A stretch of 64,000 bases of DNA from Synechococcus sp. UW140 (GTDB lineage: Bacteria; Bacteroidota; Bacteroidia; Chitinophagales; Chitinophagaceae): assembly GCA_943371295.1 (NCBI GenBank), contig CALRUG020000001.1, positions 7,677-71,676 on the forward strand. Reading direction: 5' to 3'. Below, piece by piece: positions 20,772 through 30,857 of this stretch (positions are counted from its first letter, which is position 1; each line of letters opens with the position of its first letter). A program made the translations under genes and the position numbers. The notes beneath the pieces were generated by a model. That model worked only from the letters and a program-made list of their open reading frames with translations. It had not been told where the DNA came from and did no database searches.

Positions 20772-22022
20772 ATGCCGCAGCCACCAAAACAAACCACCGA
20801 AACATTCAAAGTATTGGGCATACCAGAATTCAGGCATTTATTAACAGGTAGATTTTTATTCATCATGGGCCTCAGAATGTTGGGCACATTAACCGGTTGG
20901 TGGATTTATGAATTAACCAATGATCCATTTGCCATTGGGTTGATTGGACTCGCCGAAGTAATACCAGCGGTATCCTTGGCATTATACGCAGGTTATATAA
21001 TTGACATAAGTGAGAAGAGAAAACTACTATTAAGGGGAATTTTATTTTATTTAAGCTGTGCCATTGCATTGTTGTTATTGAGCACCCATTATACTTTGGA
21101 ACAACTCGGAAAAAACTGGGTAGCATTTGCAATATACATCGTCATTTTTTGCACAGGCATTATACGCGCATTCACCGGACCTCTATTTGGAACGATGTTG
21201 GCAGCCATTGTTCCCAGAGAACAATTACAAAGTGCCACTACATGGAACCAAGGCATTTGGTTGTCGGCATCTGTAACCGGACATGCTGCAGCAGGATTTT
21301 TAATTGCCGGCATTGGTAACACCGGAGCCTTATTAATTATAGTCAGTTTTATTGCAACTGGTTTTGTTTTTTTATACCAACTCAAAGCCAAGCCAGCATT
21401 GAATAAGAAAGGAGAAAAAACAGGGCTAGAAAGTGTTAAAGAAGGATTGCAATTTGTATTTAAAACAAAAGAAGTATTGGGTGCATTGTCCTTGGATTTA
21501 TTCGCCGTATTTTTTGGTGGAGCAGTTGCCATGGTGCCCGTATTTGCCAGAGATATTTTAGCAGTAGGACCCATTGGATTTGGTTGGTTGAATGCAGCCA
21601 CCGATATAGGCGCCATCTGCATCATTGTATTAGCTACCATCTTCCCATTAAAAACAAACCAAGGAAAAATATTGCTTTGGTCGGTAGCCGGATTTGGCGC
21701 ATGCATTATTGTTTTTGCTTTGTCTAAATTATTTTGGCTCTCCTTTTTCGCCCTATTATTAAGTGGCATATTAGACGGCATCAGTGTAATCATCAGGGGC
21801 ACGATTGTGCAAATGAAAACACCCGATCATATGCGCGGAAGGGTCATGAGCGTCAACTCGATGTTTATTAATAGCAGCAATGAATTGGGCCAATTTGAAA
21901 GTGGATTGGCAGCTAAAATAATGGGCGTAATTCCTTCCGTTGTTTTTGGGGGATCAATGACCATACTAGTGGTAATAGCTACTTGGTTTAAAGCACCCGC
22001 ACTCAGAAAAATGAAGTATTAA
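20772..22022 (+). CDS. MFS transporter (DHA3/H+ antiporter-like)
   Basis: 12 TM; LDLFAVFFGGAVA; RGRVMSVNSMF..SSNELG.FESG. Confidence 0.88.
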   Translation: MPQPPKQTTETFKVLGIPEFRHLLTGRFLFIMGLRMLGTLTGWWIYELTNDPFAIGLIGLAEVIPAVSLALYAGYIIDISEKRKLLLRGILFYLSCAIALLLLSTHYTLEQLGKNWVAFAIYIVIFCTGIIRAFTGPLFGTMLAAIVPREQLQSATTWNQGIWLSASVTGHAAAGFLIAGIGNTGALLIIVSFIATGFVFLYQLKAKPALNKKGEKTGLESVKEGLQFVFKTKEVLGALSLDLFAVFFGGAVAMVPVFARDILAVGPIGFGWLNAATDIGAICIIVLATIFPLKTNQGKILLWSVAGFGACIIVFALSKLFWLSFFALLLSGILDGISVIIRGTIVQMKTPDHMRGRVMSVNSMFINSSNELGQFESGLAAKIMGVIPSVVFGGSMTILVVIATWFKAPALRKMKY

Positions 22023-22055
22023 TAATCATGCGGGCATACGCGAAAAAGCCAGGCA

Positions 22056-22538
22056 TTATTTTACTATTGCCATTAGGTTTTCCATCACATGATACACAGC
22101 AGGGCAAAAACTTGAATTTTTTAATGTAATCAAAGGGCGTTTGAGTAATACATCTTCATCAGTATAAGGGAAACGAGCACAATCGGAAGGGCGTTCATCG
22201 TAAATACTGCATTGATTATCTTGACCCAAAAATGGACAGGGAGTAGATTTCACCACATAATCCCCATCGGAATCTAAGTTTAAGTATTGCTGTATGAAAG
22301 CAGTCTCTTTCATACCCAAGTACTTGCTGATTCTTTTGATATCGGGTTGTTTAAAGCGAGGGGAGTAATTCTTGCAACAATTGGCACAGTCGAGGCAGTT
22401 GATTTGCTCAAAAGCCTTTTCATGAAGATCAGGTAATACTTTCAACACTTTGTTTTTATCGGCTTTTTTTAAGAACTGGCCGTACTTTTTTTGGTGTTCT
22501 GCCGACTTTTTATCCCAATTAATCATCAAGTCTTCCAC
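22056..22538 (-). CDS. YkgJ/FliB family cysteine-cluster (putative Fe-S) protein
   Basis: CLDCANCC; PCPFL...CSIYDERPSDCARFP. Confidence 0.88.
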   Translation of the reverse strand: MEDLMINWDKKSAEHQKKYGQFLKKADKNKVLKVLPDLHEKAFEQINCLDCANCCKNYSPRFKQPDIKRISKYLGMKETAFIQQYLNLDSDGDYVVKSTPCPFLGQDNQCSIYDERPSDCARFPYTDEDVLLKRPLITLKNSSFCPAVYHVMENLMAIVK

Positions 22539-22631
22539 GAGTATCAGTTAAACATATTAAGAAATTAATCACAACCCGGTAAAATTATGCTATTCACTCA
22601 ACAAAGCAGTTAAATTGATGTTCTTACTTAT

Positions 22632-22639
22632 TACCTTTG
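22632..22639 (+). promoter_or_regulatory. Bacteroidota sigma-A -7 box upstream of gcvP
   Basis: TACCTTTG matches the TAnnTTTG consensus, ~25 nt before the ATG. Confidence 0.6.
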
Positions 22640-22664
22640 CGCCACAAAAAACGCCCGTTTGAGT

Positions 22665-25538
22665 ATGAATTTATTTGAGCAACAATCCACCGAATTTCAA
22701 AGAAGACATATTGGACCCAATGCATCAGATTTGAATGCAATGTTGAAAACCATTCAAGAGCCCAATATTGAATCATTAATCAGCAAAACAGTACCTGATA
22801 GTATTAGAATCAAGCAAGATCTTGCAGTTCCACCTGCTATTAGTGAGTTTGAATATTTAGCGGAGCTTAAAAAAGTGGCGGCTAAAAACAAATTATACAA
22901 AAACTATATAGGCCAAGGCTATTATGGCACAATTACTCCGAGCGTTATTCTTAGAACTATTTTTGAAAATCCAGGATGGTATACCCAGTATACTCCTTAC
23001 CAAGCGGAGATTTCTCAAGGTCGTTTAGAAAGTTTATTGAACTTTCAAACCATGGTAACCGACTTAACTGGTTTACCTATGGCCAATGCATCTTTATTAG
23101 ATGAAGCAACTGCAGCAGCAGAAGCCATGGCGATGTTGTTTCATATTGCCAATAAAACAGACAATATTACCAAGCCGAAATTATTTGTAGACAATAATAT
23201 CTTCCCGCAAACCAAACAGGTATTAATCACTCGCGCAGAACCTATCCAAATTGAATTGGTATTTGGAGATTATAAAACGGCGAGCATTGATGAAACTTAT
23301 TTTGGTGCCATTATCCAATATCCAGCCAACAATGGATCAGTGAATGATTACAAAGCATTCATTGGTGCAGTGCATGAAGCCAATGCATATGTGATTATGG
23401 CCACCGATTTATTGGCATTAACTGTTTTAACTTCTCCAGGAGAATTAGGCGCAGACGTAGCAGTAGGATCAGCACAACGTTTTGGTGTACCAATGGGATA
23501 TGGTGGGCCACATGCTGCATTCTTTGCCACCAGCGACGATTTCAAAAGAGGCATGCCAGGAAGATTGATTGGTGTGAGCATTGATGCACAAGGCAATCGT
23601 GCATTAAGAATGGCATTACAAACCAGGGAGCAACATATCAAGCGCGAGAAAGCAACATCCAATATATGTACAGCACAAGCATTGTTGGCCAATATGGCTG
23701 CCATGTATGCGGTATACCATGGACCAGTAGGCTTAAAGAATATTGCATCAAGAGTGCATGCATTAGCGAATGCTACAGCAAAAGCATTAAGCAGCTTGGG
23801 TGTACAACAACACAATGCAGCTTATTTTGACACACTACATATCAGTGGTGTAGATGCCAATCAATTAAAAACTGCAGCAGAAAATGCGGGCATCAATTTC
23901 CGTTATTTTAATGATGGAACCGTTGGCATCACCATTGATGAAACCACTACTGCTGCTGATGTACAAGCATTGGTAAATGTATTTGAACAAGTAACAGGTA
24001 AGCAAGCAGCTGCATTGGAATTAAACAATACCCATACTGCATTGCCAACTGAATTAGTTAGAACAAGCCCTTATTTAACGCATCCAGTATTCAATACACA
24101 TCATAGCGAAAGCCAAATGATGCGTTATATCAAATCATTGGAGAACAAAGACCTTTCTTTGAATACCAGCATGATTAGTTTGGGAAGCTGTACCATGAAA
24201 TTAAATGCAGCAACCGAAATGATACCAGTAAGCTGGCCAGAATTCGGTGGCTTACATCCCTTTGTCCCCATTAATCAAACAGCAGGATACCAGCAAATAT
24301 TAACAGAACTGAATCAATACTTATGTGCAGTTACAGGATTTACTGCATGTAGCTTACAACCCAATAGTGGCGCACAAGGAGAGTATGCAGGATTGTTAAC
24401 CATCAGAGAATACCATAAGAGCAGAAACGAAACATTCAGAAATATTGTATTGATTCCAATTAGTGCACACGGAACCAACCCAGCAAGTGCAGTAATGGCG
24501 GGCTTTAAAGTGGTAGTAGTAAAATGTGATGAAGCAGGCAATATTGATGTAGCCGATTTAAAAGCAAAAGCAGAACAATACAAAGACACGCTGGGAGGCT
24601 TAATGGTTACCTACCCTTCAACACATGGCGTGTTCGAAGAAACCATTAAAGAAATTTGTGCATTGATTCACGAGAATGGTGGATTGGTATACATGGATGG
24701 AGCCAATATGAATGCACAAGTTGGATTAACCAGCCCAGGCATGATTGGAGCCGATGTATGTCACTTGAACTTGCACAAAACATTCGCAATACCACACGGC
24801 GGTGGTGGCCCAGGAATGGGACCCATTTGTGTAAACGATAAATTGGCACCATTTTTACCAGGACATTTATTGGGTTATGAACATACAGGATTAGAAGTAA
24901 GTGCTGCACCATTTGGATCTGCAAGCATTTTATTAATCAGCTATGCATATATCAAAATGTTGGGCGCAGATGGAATTAGAATGAGCACAGAATATGCCAT
25001 TTTAAATGCCAACTATATGAAAGCAAGATTAGAGAACTACTATCCCATTTTATATACTGGAAAAAATGGAACCTGTGCGCATGAATTCATTGTAGACTTA
25101 AGACCATTCAAACAAACAGCAGGCGTAGAAGCAGAAGATATTGCGAAGCGTTTGATTGATTATGGTTTCCACGCACCTACCATGAGTTTCCCAGTAGCAG
25201 GAACCATAATGATAGAACCAACAGAAAGCGAAGACAAAGCAGAATTAGATCGCTTCTGTGATGCAATGATTGCCATTCATGGTGAAATCAAAGACATTGA
25301 ATCGGGGAAAGCAGATAAGACGAATAATCCATTAAAAAACGCACCACATACACAAGCCGTGGTTTGTGCAGATGAATGGACACGACCTTATAGCAGACAA
25401 GAAGCCGCATTCCCATTGTACTATGTAACCCTCAATAAATTCTGGCCAAGTGTAGCAAGAGTCAACAATACACATGGAGATAGAAACTTGATTTGCACTT
25501 GCGAACCAGTTTCCTCTTATGCAGAAGAGAATGCATAA
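22665..25538 (+). CDS. gcvP: Glycine dehydrogenase (decarboxylating), P protein
   Basis: YTPYQAEISQGRLE; QTREQHIKREKATSNICTAQ; HLNLHKTF (PLP lysine); LGSCTMKLN. Confidence 0.98.
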   Translation: MNLFEQQSTEFQRRHIGPNASDLNAMLKTIQEPNIESLISKTVPDSIRIKQDLAVPPAISEFEYLAELKKVAAKNKLYKNYIGQGYYGTITPSVILRTIFENPGWYTQYTPYQAEISQGRLESLLNFQTMVTDLTGLPMANASLLDEATAAAEAMAMLFHIANKTDNITKPKLFVDNNIFPQTKQVLITRAEPIQIELVFGDYKTASIDETYFGAIIQYPANNGSVNDYKAFIGAVHEANAYVIMATDLLALTVLTSPGELGADVAVGSAQRFGVPMGYGGPHAAFFATSDDFKRGMPGRLIGVSIDAQGNRALRMALQTREQHIKREKATSNICTAQALLANMAAMYAVYHGPVGLKNIASRVHALANATAKALSSLGVQQHNAAYFDTLHISGVDANQLKTAAENAGINFRYFNDGTVGITIDETTTAADVQALVNVFEQVTGKQAAALELNNTHTALPTELVRTSPYLTHPVFNTHHSESQMMRYIKSLENKDLSLNTSMISLGSCTMKLNAATEMIPVSWPEFGGLHPFVPINQTAGYQQILTELNQYLCAVTGFTACSLQPNSGAQGEYAGLLTIREYHKSRNETFRNIVLIPISAHGTNPASAVMAGFKVVVVKCDEAGNIDVADLKAKAEQYKDTLGGLMVTYPSTHGVFEETIKEICALIHENGGLVYMDGANMNAQVGLTSPGMIGADVCHLNLHKTFAIPHGGGGPGMGPICVNDKLAPFLPGHLLGYEHTGLEVSAAPFGSASILLISYAYIKMLGADGIRMSTEYAILNANYMKARLENYYPILYTGKNGTCAHEFIVDLRPFKQTAGVEAEDIAKRLIDYGFHAPTMSFPVAGTIMIEPTESEDKAELDRFCDAMIAIHGEIKDIESGKADKTNNPLKNAPHTQAVVCADEWTRPYSRQEAAFPLYYVTLNKFWPSVARVNNTHGDRNLICTCEPVSSYAEENA

Positions 25539-25565
25539 TTGAAGTAAAATAAAGTACAACCAAAA

Positions 25566-25940
25566 CTAATATGCCAAAGCGCTCCTTTTTAAGGGGCGCT
25601 TTTTTTTGAGCAAATCAATCAATTCATTTTTATCGGCCAAAGATTTTTGAAGCAAAGCAATTTGTTCTTGTAATACCTGCACCATTTCAACTGGGGGTTC
25701 CTCATCAGAAGCATAAGGCAATGCATGCCGAATCATTCTACCCTTTCCCGTTAACAACCAATGAATATTGAGATCGGGAAAACATTCTTGAATTTTCAAA
25801 AGTACTTCAGACCCCATGGTTCCTTTTCCACGGTATTGTTTACCCAAATAACCGTTACTCAAATCGCAAGCGCGTTCAAAAGCATAAGCACTCATTGCAT
25901 GAAAATGCAAGTACTGGTACAATCGATCAATAATTCGCAT
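25566..25940 (-). CDS. Phage-repressor-like XRE/HTH transcriptional regulator
   Basis: AFERACDLSNGYLG...PDLNIHWLLTGKG pattern; C-terminal coiled coil. Confidence 0.8.
   Translation of the reverse strand: MRIIDRLYQYLHFHAMSAYAFERACDLSNGYLGKQYRGKGTMGSEVLLKIQECFPDLNIHWLLTGKGRMIRHALPYASDEEPPVEMVQVLQEQIALLQKSLADKNELIDLLKKKRPLKRSALAY
25577..25607 (+). terminator. gcvP terminator hairpin overlapping the 3' end of the convergent HTH gene
   Basis: AAAGCGCTCC-loop-GGGGCGCTTT followed by a T run. Confidence 0.7.
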
Positions 25941-26374
25941 GATATCATTTTTTAGGTGTATTGAATCCTCCTAAAATAAAAAGCCTCCTCTATTAACCCG
26001 ATTCGGCTATTACGGGATTGTTATGTTTTTTGACGGAATCCTTATAAAAAGGCGTTTACTCCATACCAACTGGTGGTGATTTTTGAAAAGGGACGTTAAA
26101 ACATTTCCGCCCAAAAAGGCTTCAAATAAAATTAAAAATAGCTTAATATAAGCTGCTGACTAGCAAATAATTATGAGTGGTTACCTAAAGTAAAATTAGA
26201 GGGAATTTCAGCATACTTTGCAGAAAGTACAAATAATTAGGCTACTCTTTGTTTCAAAAAAAGATGGAACTTGTGGTTTGTACAGTATTAAAGCATTCGT
26301 ACCCAACCCCCAAGTTGATTGCTTATTAAACGTATACTGTTGCCATTTTATTATTTGAACTTAAAAAAAAAGAT

Positions 26375-27034
26375 ATGTCTCGTTTATTAACAGGCATTGT
26401 TTTAATCGGGGTAAGTTTACTTACCAGCTGTTCTGGCGGCAAAAGCAGCAGTAGCTCTAAAGGCTATTTGAAAAGCAGTACCCCACAAAACAATCCTGCT
26501 GCTAACAATTCATATGCTCCGCCAAGCAATGCCGCATCAATCGACAAAAGTCAATATGTTGCATTTTCACGCGAACTACAGATGAAGCTCATGGCTTATA
26601 ATGTAGATGTGAAAAGAGTCCAATTTTATATTGACCAAAAATTGATTTTGACCAGAGCATTAGACAGTGCCAAAGCAGAAGTTGCTTCAGGAAGCGTTCG
26701 TTTTATCAATGGCAAATTGATTAATGAAATCATTATTCCCGCATATACTCCAGGCATAGTTGAATCAGCTGATTTAAATGGCTTAAGAGTAAGTTTTGAA
26801 AACGGCAACTCCTTTTACTTTGTACCAGCAGAAGGTGAAGACAAATTTGTAGTAGCCGGAAACAACTGGGACAATGGAACTGTAGAAATTCCTTATGATA
26901 AAAATATTTACAGAGCAGCAGCCGGCGTAACCAATGGCAGCGTAGCAGATGTAAAGTTGGTGGTTAAATTAACCGATGTTACCAAGAGTGACAAGAAAAC
27001 CCGTACCCTACAAGGCAGAAAGTTGGGTTTATAA
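26375..27034 (+). CDS. Hypothetical lipoprotein
   Basis: Lipobox LLTSC followed by a Ser-rich linker; 219 aa. Confidence 0.7.
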   Translation: MSRLLTGIVLIGVSLLTSCSGGKSSSSSKGYLKSSTPQNNPAANNSYAPPSNAASIDKSQYVAFSRELQMKLMAYNVDVKRVQFYIDQKLILTRALDSAKAEVASGSVRFINGKLINEIIIPAYTPGIVESADLNGLRVSFENGNSFYFVPAEGEDKFVVAGNNWDNGTVEIPYDKNIYRAAAGVTNGSVADVKLVVKLTDVTKSDKKTRTLQGRKLGL

Positions 27035-27067
27035 GACTTTCAACAAATTTAATCCTTGCCTTAACTA

Positions 27068-27093
27068 GAAGCACCTTATGGTGCTTCTTTGTT
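27068..27093 (+). terminator. Intrinsic terminator
   Basis: GAAGCACC-TTAT-GGTGCTTC followed by a T-rich tract. Confidence 0.75.
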
Positions 27094-27095
27094 TT

Positions 27096-27159
27096 GGGGG
27101 AACCCCAAACAAAGAATACATCAATTCGGGGGAACCCCAAACGTAGAATAAATCAAATC
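27096..27159. repeat. Two tandem 32 bp imperfect repeats
   Basis: GGGGGAACCCCAAAC(aa/gt)AGAATA(c/a)ATCAA(t/a)TC twice, followed by a degenerate third start. Confidence 0.75.
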
Positions 27160-27174
27160 AGAGGAAGCCCAATA

Positions 27175-28128
27175 TTAATCTTTCTTAAAATCAAACAACG
27201 TAGCAGTAAATATCGCGCGCTCGCGCTTCTTGAAGATGACATCCCAATTGCCTTTGTAACGAAGTGTTTTAGGCACAATTAAATTATTACCAAGGTTGGT
27301 CATTTCCACTTCCATGCTTACATCAAAATCGTAAACACCGGCTTTATAACTCAATGCATAATTGCGAGCCAATACCGACATGGTTTTCATATTAAACCAA
27401 GTAACCATTTGGTCAACCACAATGCGATCGTTTTTAATAAAACCTAAATCGGCTTTGGGCATAATAGAAAATACATAACAGAGCTCACCCTTGTACTCTT
27501 CAATATCTAGGCGATAATCGTAGTACTTATGCGCGGTTTCGTCGTAGAGGTCTAATTTATCTCCAATAAAAGGGATACCCGAAATTTTCTTTCCCGGATT
27601 AAAGAACAACATTTTCAATTGCTCTTTGTGTTTCTCCAATCCTTTTTTCCCCGACACAGAACGCTTCTTACCCGCAACAATATTGGTTTCCCCACAAATG
27701 GTTCCCTTGGTAAAAAACAAACTGGCGTACAATTCAGGTGTGGTATAATTATACTCCCCTTTGCGATCATAAAAATCACCCGTCACTTTTTCTTCTAACA
27801 CATCCATGGTTCTGCAACCATTGATTCTGTTCTGGCGTGTTTTGCTAGACAGAGAAGCCACCACAGCCCCATTCTTGTCTTTCATTTGAATATCGTTGTA
27901 CGAGCTGAAACCCAGTATGCGTAAGTTCTTGAAGGCTTTGTAAAAAGTAGTGTCTTCCTTGATTTGCTCTAGGAGCATTTTATAATCTAAGTTATTTCTA
28001 ACCACCACTTCCGATAAAGTGAACCGCTTTTCATCAATGATTAAAGTACTGTCTTGCGCCAACAACTTTACCGAAGCAGGCAGGATGCAACAAAGCACCA
28101 ACAAGATTACAAGGAGTGAACGCCTCAT
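27175..28128 (-). CDS. Hypothetical secreted protein
   Basis: Signal peptide; TLSEVVV motif typical of Bacteroidota exported proteins; overlaps the def stop by 4 nt. Confidence 0.7.
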   Translation of the reverse strand: MRRSLLVILLVLCCILPASVKLLAQDSTLIIDEKRFTLSEVVVRNNLDYKMLLEQIKEDTTFYKAFKNLRILGFSSYNDIQMKDKNGAVVASLSSKTRQNRINGCRTMDVLEEKVTGDFYDRKGEYNYTTPELYASLFFTKGTICGETNIVAGKKRSVSGKKGLEKHKEQLKMLFFNPGKKISGIPFIGDKLDLYDETAHKYYDYRLDIEEYKGELCYVFSIMPKADLGFIKNDRIVVDQMVTWFNMKTMSVLARNYALSYKAGVYDFDVSMEVEMTNLGNNLIVPKTLRYKGNWDVIFKKRERAIFTATLFDFKKD

Positions 28129-28703
28129 TTGGCAAAACTCATTTTATAATCCACTTTAATCTTGCCCTTACTGATATCATTGAGTTTGCCCTGCAACATT
28201 TTCTTGCGCAAAGGCTTTAAATAATCAATGAATAATTTTCCTTCAATATGATCGTACTCGTGTAAAATAACGCGAGCAGTTATGCCAGAAAAAGTAGAAC
28301 GAAACTGCTTAAAGTTTTCGTCGTAATAAGTCATGGTAACGGCTTCCCCACGCATAATGTCTTCGCGAATTTTAGGGATGCTTAAACAACCTTCGTTGTA
28401 TGCCCATTCTTCGCCATGAATGGCTTCTATTTGCGCGTTGATGAATACTTTTTTGATACCAGGTGCATCATTGTATTTGCCCTGCTCATCTTCTTCTAGG
28501 TTTTCAAAAATTTGCTCAGAGTCTACTACAAACAACCGAATATCACGGTTAATCTGAGGAGCAGCCAAACCCACTCCATTGCTCGAGTACATGGTTTCCC
28601 ACATATCTTCAATGAGTTTAGTAAGACCAGGATATTCATTGGTAATGGGTTGTGCTATCTTTCTTAACACAGGTGCACCATACGCTACAATAGGAAGAAT
28701 CAT
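28125..28703 (-). CDS. def: Peptide deformylase
   Basis: GVGLAAPQI, EGCLS, HEYDH motifs. Confidence 0.98.
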   Translation of the reverse strand: MILPIVAYGAPVLRKIAQPITNEYPGLTKLIEDMWETMYSSNGVGLAAPQINRDIRLFVVDSEQIFENLEEDEQGKYNDAPGIKKVFINAQIEAIHGEEWAYNEGCLSIPKIREDIMRGEAVTMTYYDENFKQFRSTFSGITARVILHEYDHIEGKLFIDYLKPLRKKMLQGKLNDISKGKIKVDYKMSFAK

Positions 28704-28725
28704 GCTATTTTAATTATAATGGGTG

Positions 28726-28733
28726 CAAAAGTA
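28726..28733 (-). promoter_or_regulatory. Bacteroidota -7 box upstream of def
   Basis: TACTTTTG on the minus strand. Confidence 0.55.
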
Positions 28734-28761
28734 CCCCGAAACAGCGAACCCGCAAAGCCAG

Positions 28762-29172
28762 TTAGCGGTTTTGCAAGAACTCTTGCAATAACATAGTAGC
28801 CGCAATCTGGTCAATATTGCCTTTTTCTCTGCGGTCTTTTTTCTTCATGCCCATATCTACCATAGCGCGAACAGCCAGTTTAGAACTGTAACGTTCATCC
28901 ACCGTTTGAATAGGAATACTGGGAAAAGCTTTTGTTAAATCTTGAATGGCTTTCTTCACCAAAGGGGTACCATGGGTAGGGCTATCATCTAAATTAAGGG
29001 GCTCTCCTATTAAGATCAATTCAACGGGTTCAGTAACCATATAATTTTTCAAAAAAGGAATCAATTCTTTGGAAGGAATGGTGGTTAATGCAGTAGCAAT
29101 TATTTGCATAGGATCTGTAACTGCTAAGCCAGTGCGTTTACCGCCGTAATCAATGCAAATAATTCTAGCCAT
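28762..29172 (-). CDS. ruvX: Holliday junction resolvase-like RuvX/YqgF (pre-16S rRNA nuclease)
   Basis: IDYGGKRTGLA; DERYSS; IDQIAA. Confidence 0.95.
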   Translation of the reverse strand: MARIICIDYGGKRTGLAVTDPMQIIATALTTIPSKELIPFLKNYMVTEPVELILIGEPLNLDDSPTHGTPLVKKAIQDLTKAFPSIPIQTVDERYSSKLAVRAMVDMGMKKKDRREKGNIDQIAATMLLQEFLQNR

Positions 29173-29239
29173 TTAAATATTTTTTTGAATTTGGGTTGAT
29201 TAAAGCCGCCGCACTATTCAGCGATACTATTCAACCGAA

Positions 29240-30160
29240 CTACCAACCATACTGAATAAACAAAGCCGCGATTACAAAAATAGCAAATACCACAGAAGCA
29301 ATGCCGTTACTTGTCATGAATGCCAAATTCACTTTACTCAAATCATTTGGTTTCACTAAGCGATGTTGATTAATCAACATGCCCACAAACACGCCGTAGC
29401 CAATAAAATACAACCAATGAAAACCACCATAGACCCCAGCAATGGTAACACAGGCCGCACTACATACATGCAATAAACGAGCTACCCATAAAGCCCGATC
29501 TTTTCCTAATGCAGCGGGTATAGAATTCAATTGATGCGATTGATCAAACTCTACGTCTTGCAAGGCATAAATAATATCAAATCCACTCACCCAAAAAATA
29601 ACGGCAAAGGAAAACAAGAGCGGCAATAAAGCAAAACTGCCTGTAACAGCTAAGTAAGCCCCGATGGGAGCCAGTGATAATCCCACCCCTAAAACCAAAT
29701 GACATAAAGCAGTAAAGCGCTTGGTAAAGCTATAAAACAACACCACAAACAAAGCCACAAAAGAGAGATAAAAACAAAGCGGATTAATGAACCAAGTGGC
29801 TATTACAAAGACGATGCTATTGCCAATCACAAAACGCAAAGCAGACTCAGCAGACAAAATACCAGCAGGAATTTCACGGATGGCCGTGCGCGGATTCAAG
29901 GCATCAAAATGACGATCTAAATAGCGATTAAACGCCATGGCCGCATTGCGAGCAGTAACCATACAAACCAATACCAGCAAGCCTTTCTGCAAAAGTACAG
30001 GAGACAATAAATTGGACATTGTGCCCACCACTTCCAATAAATGATTACCCGAAACACTGGCATAAGGAACCGCCAAAAAGAACCCAATGAAAGCAAAGGG
30101 CATGGCGAAAATGGTATGCGAAAATTTTACGAGGCTGAGGTATTTTTTAACAGTAGTCAA
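29240..30160 (-). CDS. UbiA-family polyprenyltransferase (MqnP-like)
   Basis: FSHTIFAMPF; AMAFNRYLDRHFDALNPRT; GFDIIYALQD. Confidence 0.9.
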   Translation of the reverse strand: MTTVKKYLSLVKFSHTIFAMPFAFIGFFLAVPYASVSGNHLLEVVGTMSNLLSPVLLQKGLLVLVCMVTARNAAMAFNRYLDRHFDALNPRTAIREIPAGILSAESALRFVIGNSIVFVIATWFINPLCFYLSFVALFVVLFYSFTKRFTALCHLVLGVGLSLAPIGAYLAVTGSFALLPLLFSFAVIFWVSGFDIIYALQDVEFDQSHQLNSIPAALGKDRALWVARLLHVCSAACVTIAGVYGGFHWLYFIGYGVFVGMLINQHRLVKPNDLSKVNLAFMTSNGIASVVFAIFVIAALFIQYGW

Positions 30161-30166
30161 ATTGAA

Positions 30167-30733
30167 TTATTTTAAAACGATGCGTTCGGTAATGGCCCAT
30201 ATAATAATGCCGGCAGCCACTGAAATGTTTAATGAATGTTTAGAACCCAATTGCGGAATTTCAATACAACCATCGCATATATCCAACACTTCATCGGCCA
30301 CCCCTTCTACTTCATTGCCCATTACAATGGCTAATTTAGGGGCGCTTGATGGAGAAGAATTTGCAGCATCGGTTATTGCGGTTGGATCAAACTGGTCTAA
30401 ATAAACAGCCCCCTCTGCTTGTTCAACTGCATATACTTTGTAGCCCTGGGATTGTAAGGTTTGCACTGCTTCCACCGTTGTGGGCGTATACTCCCAAGCA
30501 ACGGTTTCCGTAGCACCCAATGCCGTCTTATTGATATCTCTATGGGGTGGTTGCGGTGTATATCCACATAAATACATTTTCTCCACCAAAAAAGAATCGG
30601 CCGTTCTAAATACCGAACCCACATTGTGCATGCTTCGGATATTGTCTAATACCACTACCAAGGGCGTTTTAGGGGCTTCCTTAAAATCGGCTATCGATTT
30701 TCTCCCCAATTCTTGCATAGACCATTTGCGCAT
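30167..30733 (-). CDS. SpoU/TrmH family RNA methyltransferase
   Basis: LDNIRSMHNVGSVFR; GNEVEG; SLNISVAAGI. Start at 30733 is supported by a TACCTTTG box at 30738-30745. Confidence 0.92.
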   Translation of the reverse strand: MRKWSMQELGRKSIADFKEAPKTPLVVVLDNIRSMHNVGSVFRTADSFLVEKMYLCGYTPQPPHRDINKTALGATETVAWEYTPTTVEAVQTLQSQGYKVYAVEQAEGAVYLDQFDPTAITDAANSSPSSAPKLAIVMGNEVEGVADEVLDICDGCIEIPQLGSKHSLNISVAAGIIIWAITERIVLK

Positions 30734-30857
30734 GGGGCAAAGGTAAACCCATCCATTCAAATAATCTTTGGCAGTTTGTTGCAGAAAAAAACTACATTAA
30801 CATGCTCATTTTAAACAAAAAAAAGTCAACAGAAATTCTAAACAACAACCAACAGAT

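Noticed and set aside
22539-22664. Glycine riboswitch upstream of gcvP
   Set aside because: The -7 box is only ~25 nt from the start codon, leaving no room, and no aptamer consensus is visible.
27096-27159. CRISPR array (also considered for 35110-35175 and 49740/51090)
   Set aside because: Only two units each, no regular unique spacers, no cas genes.
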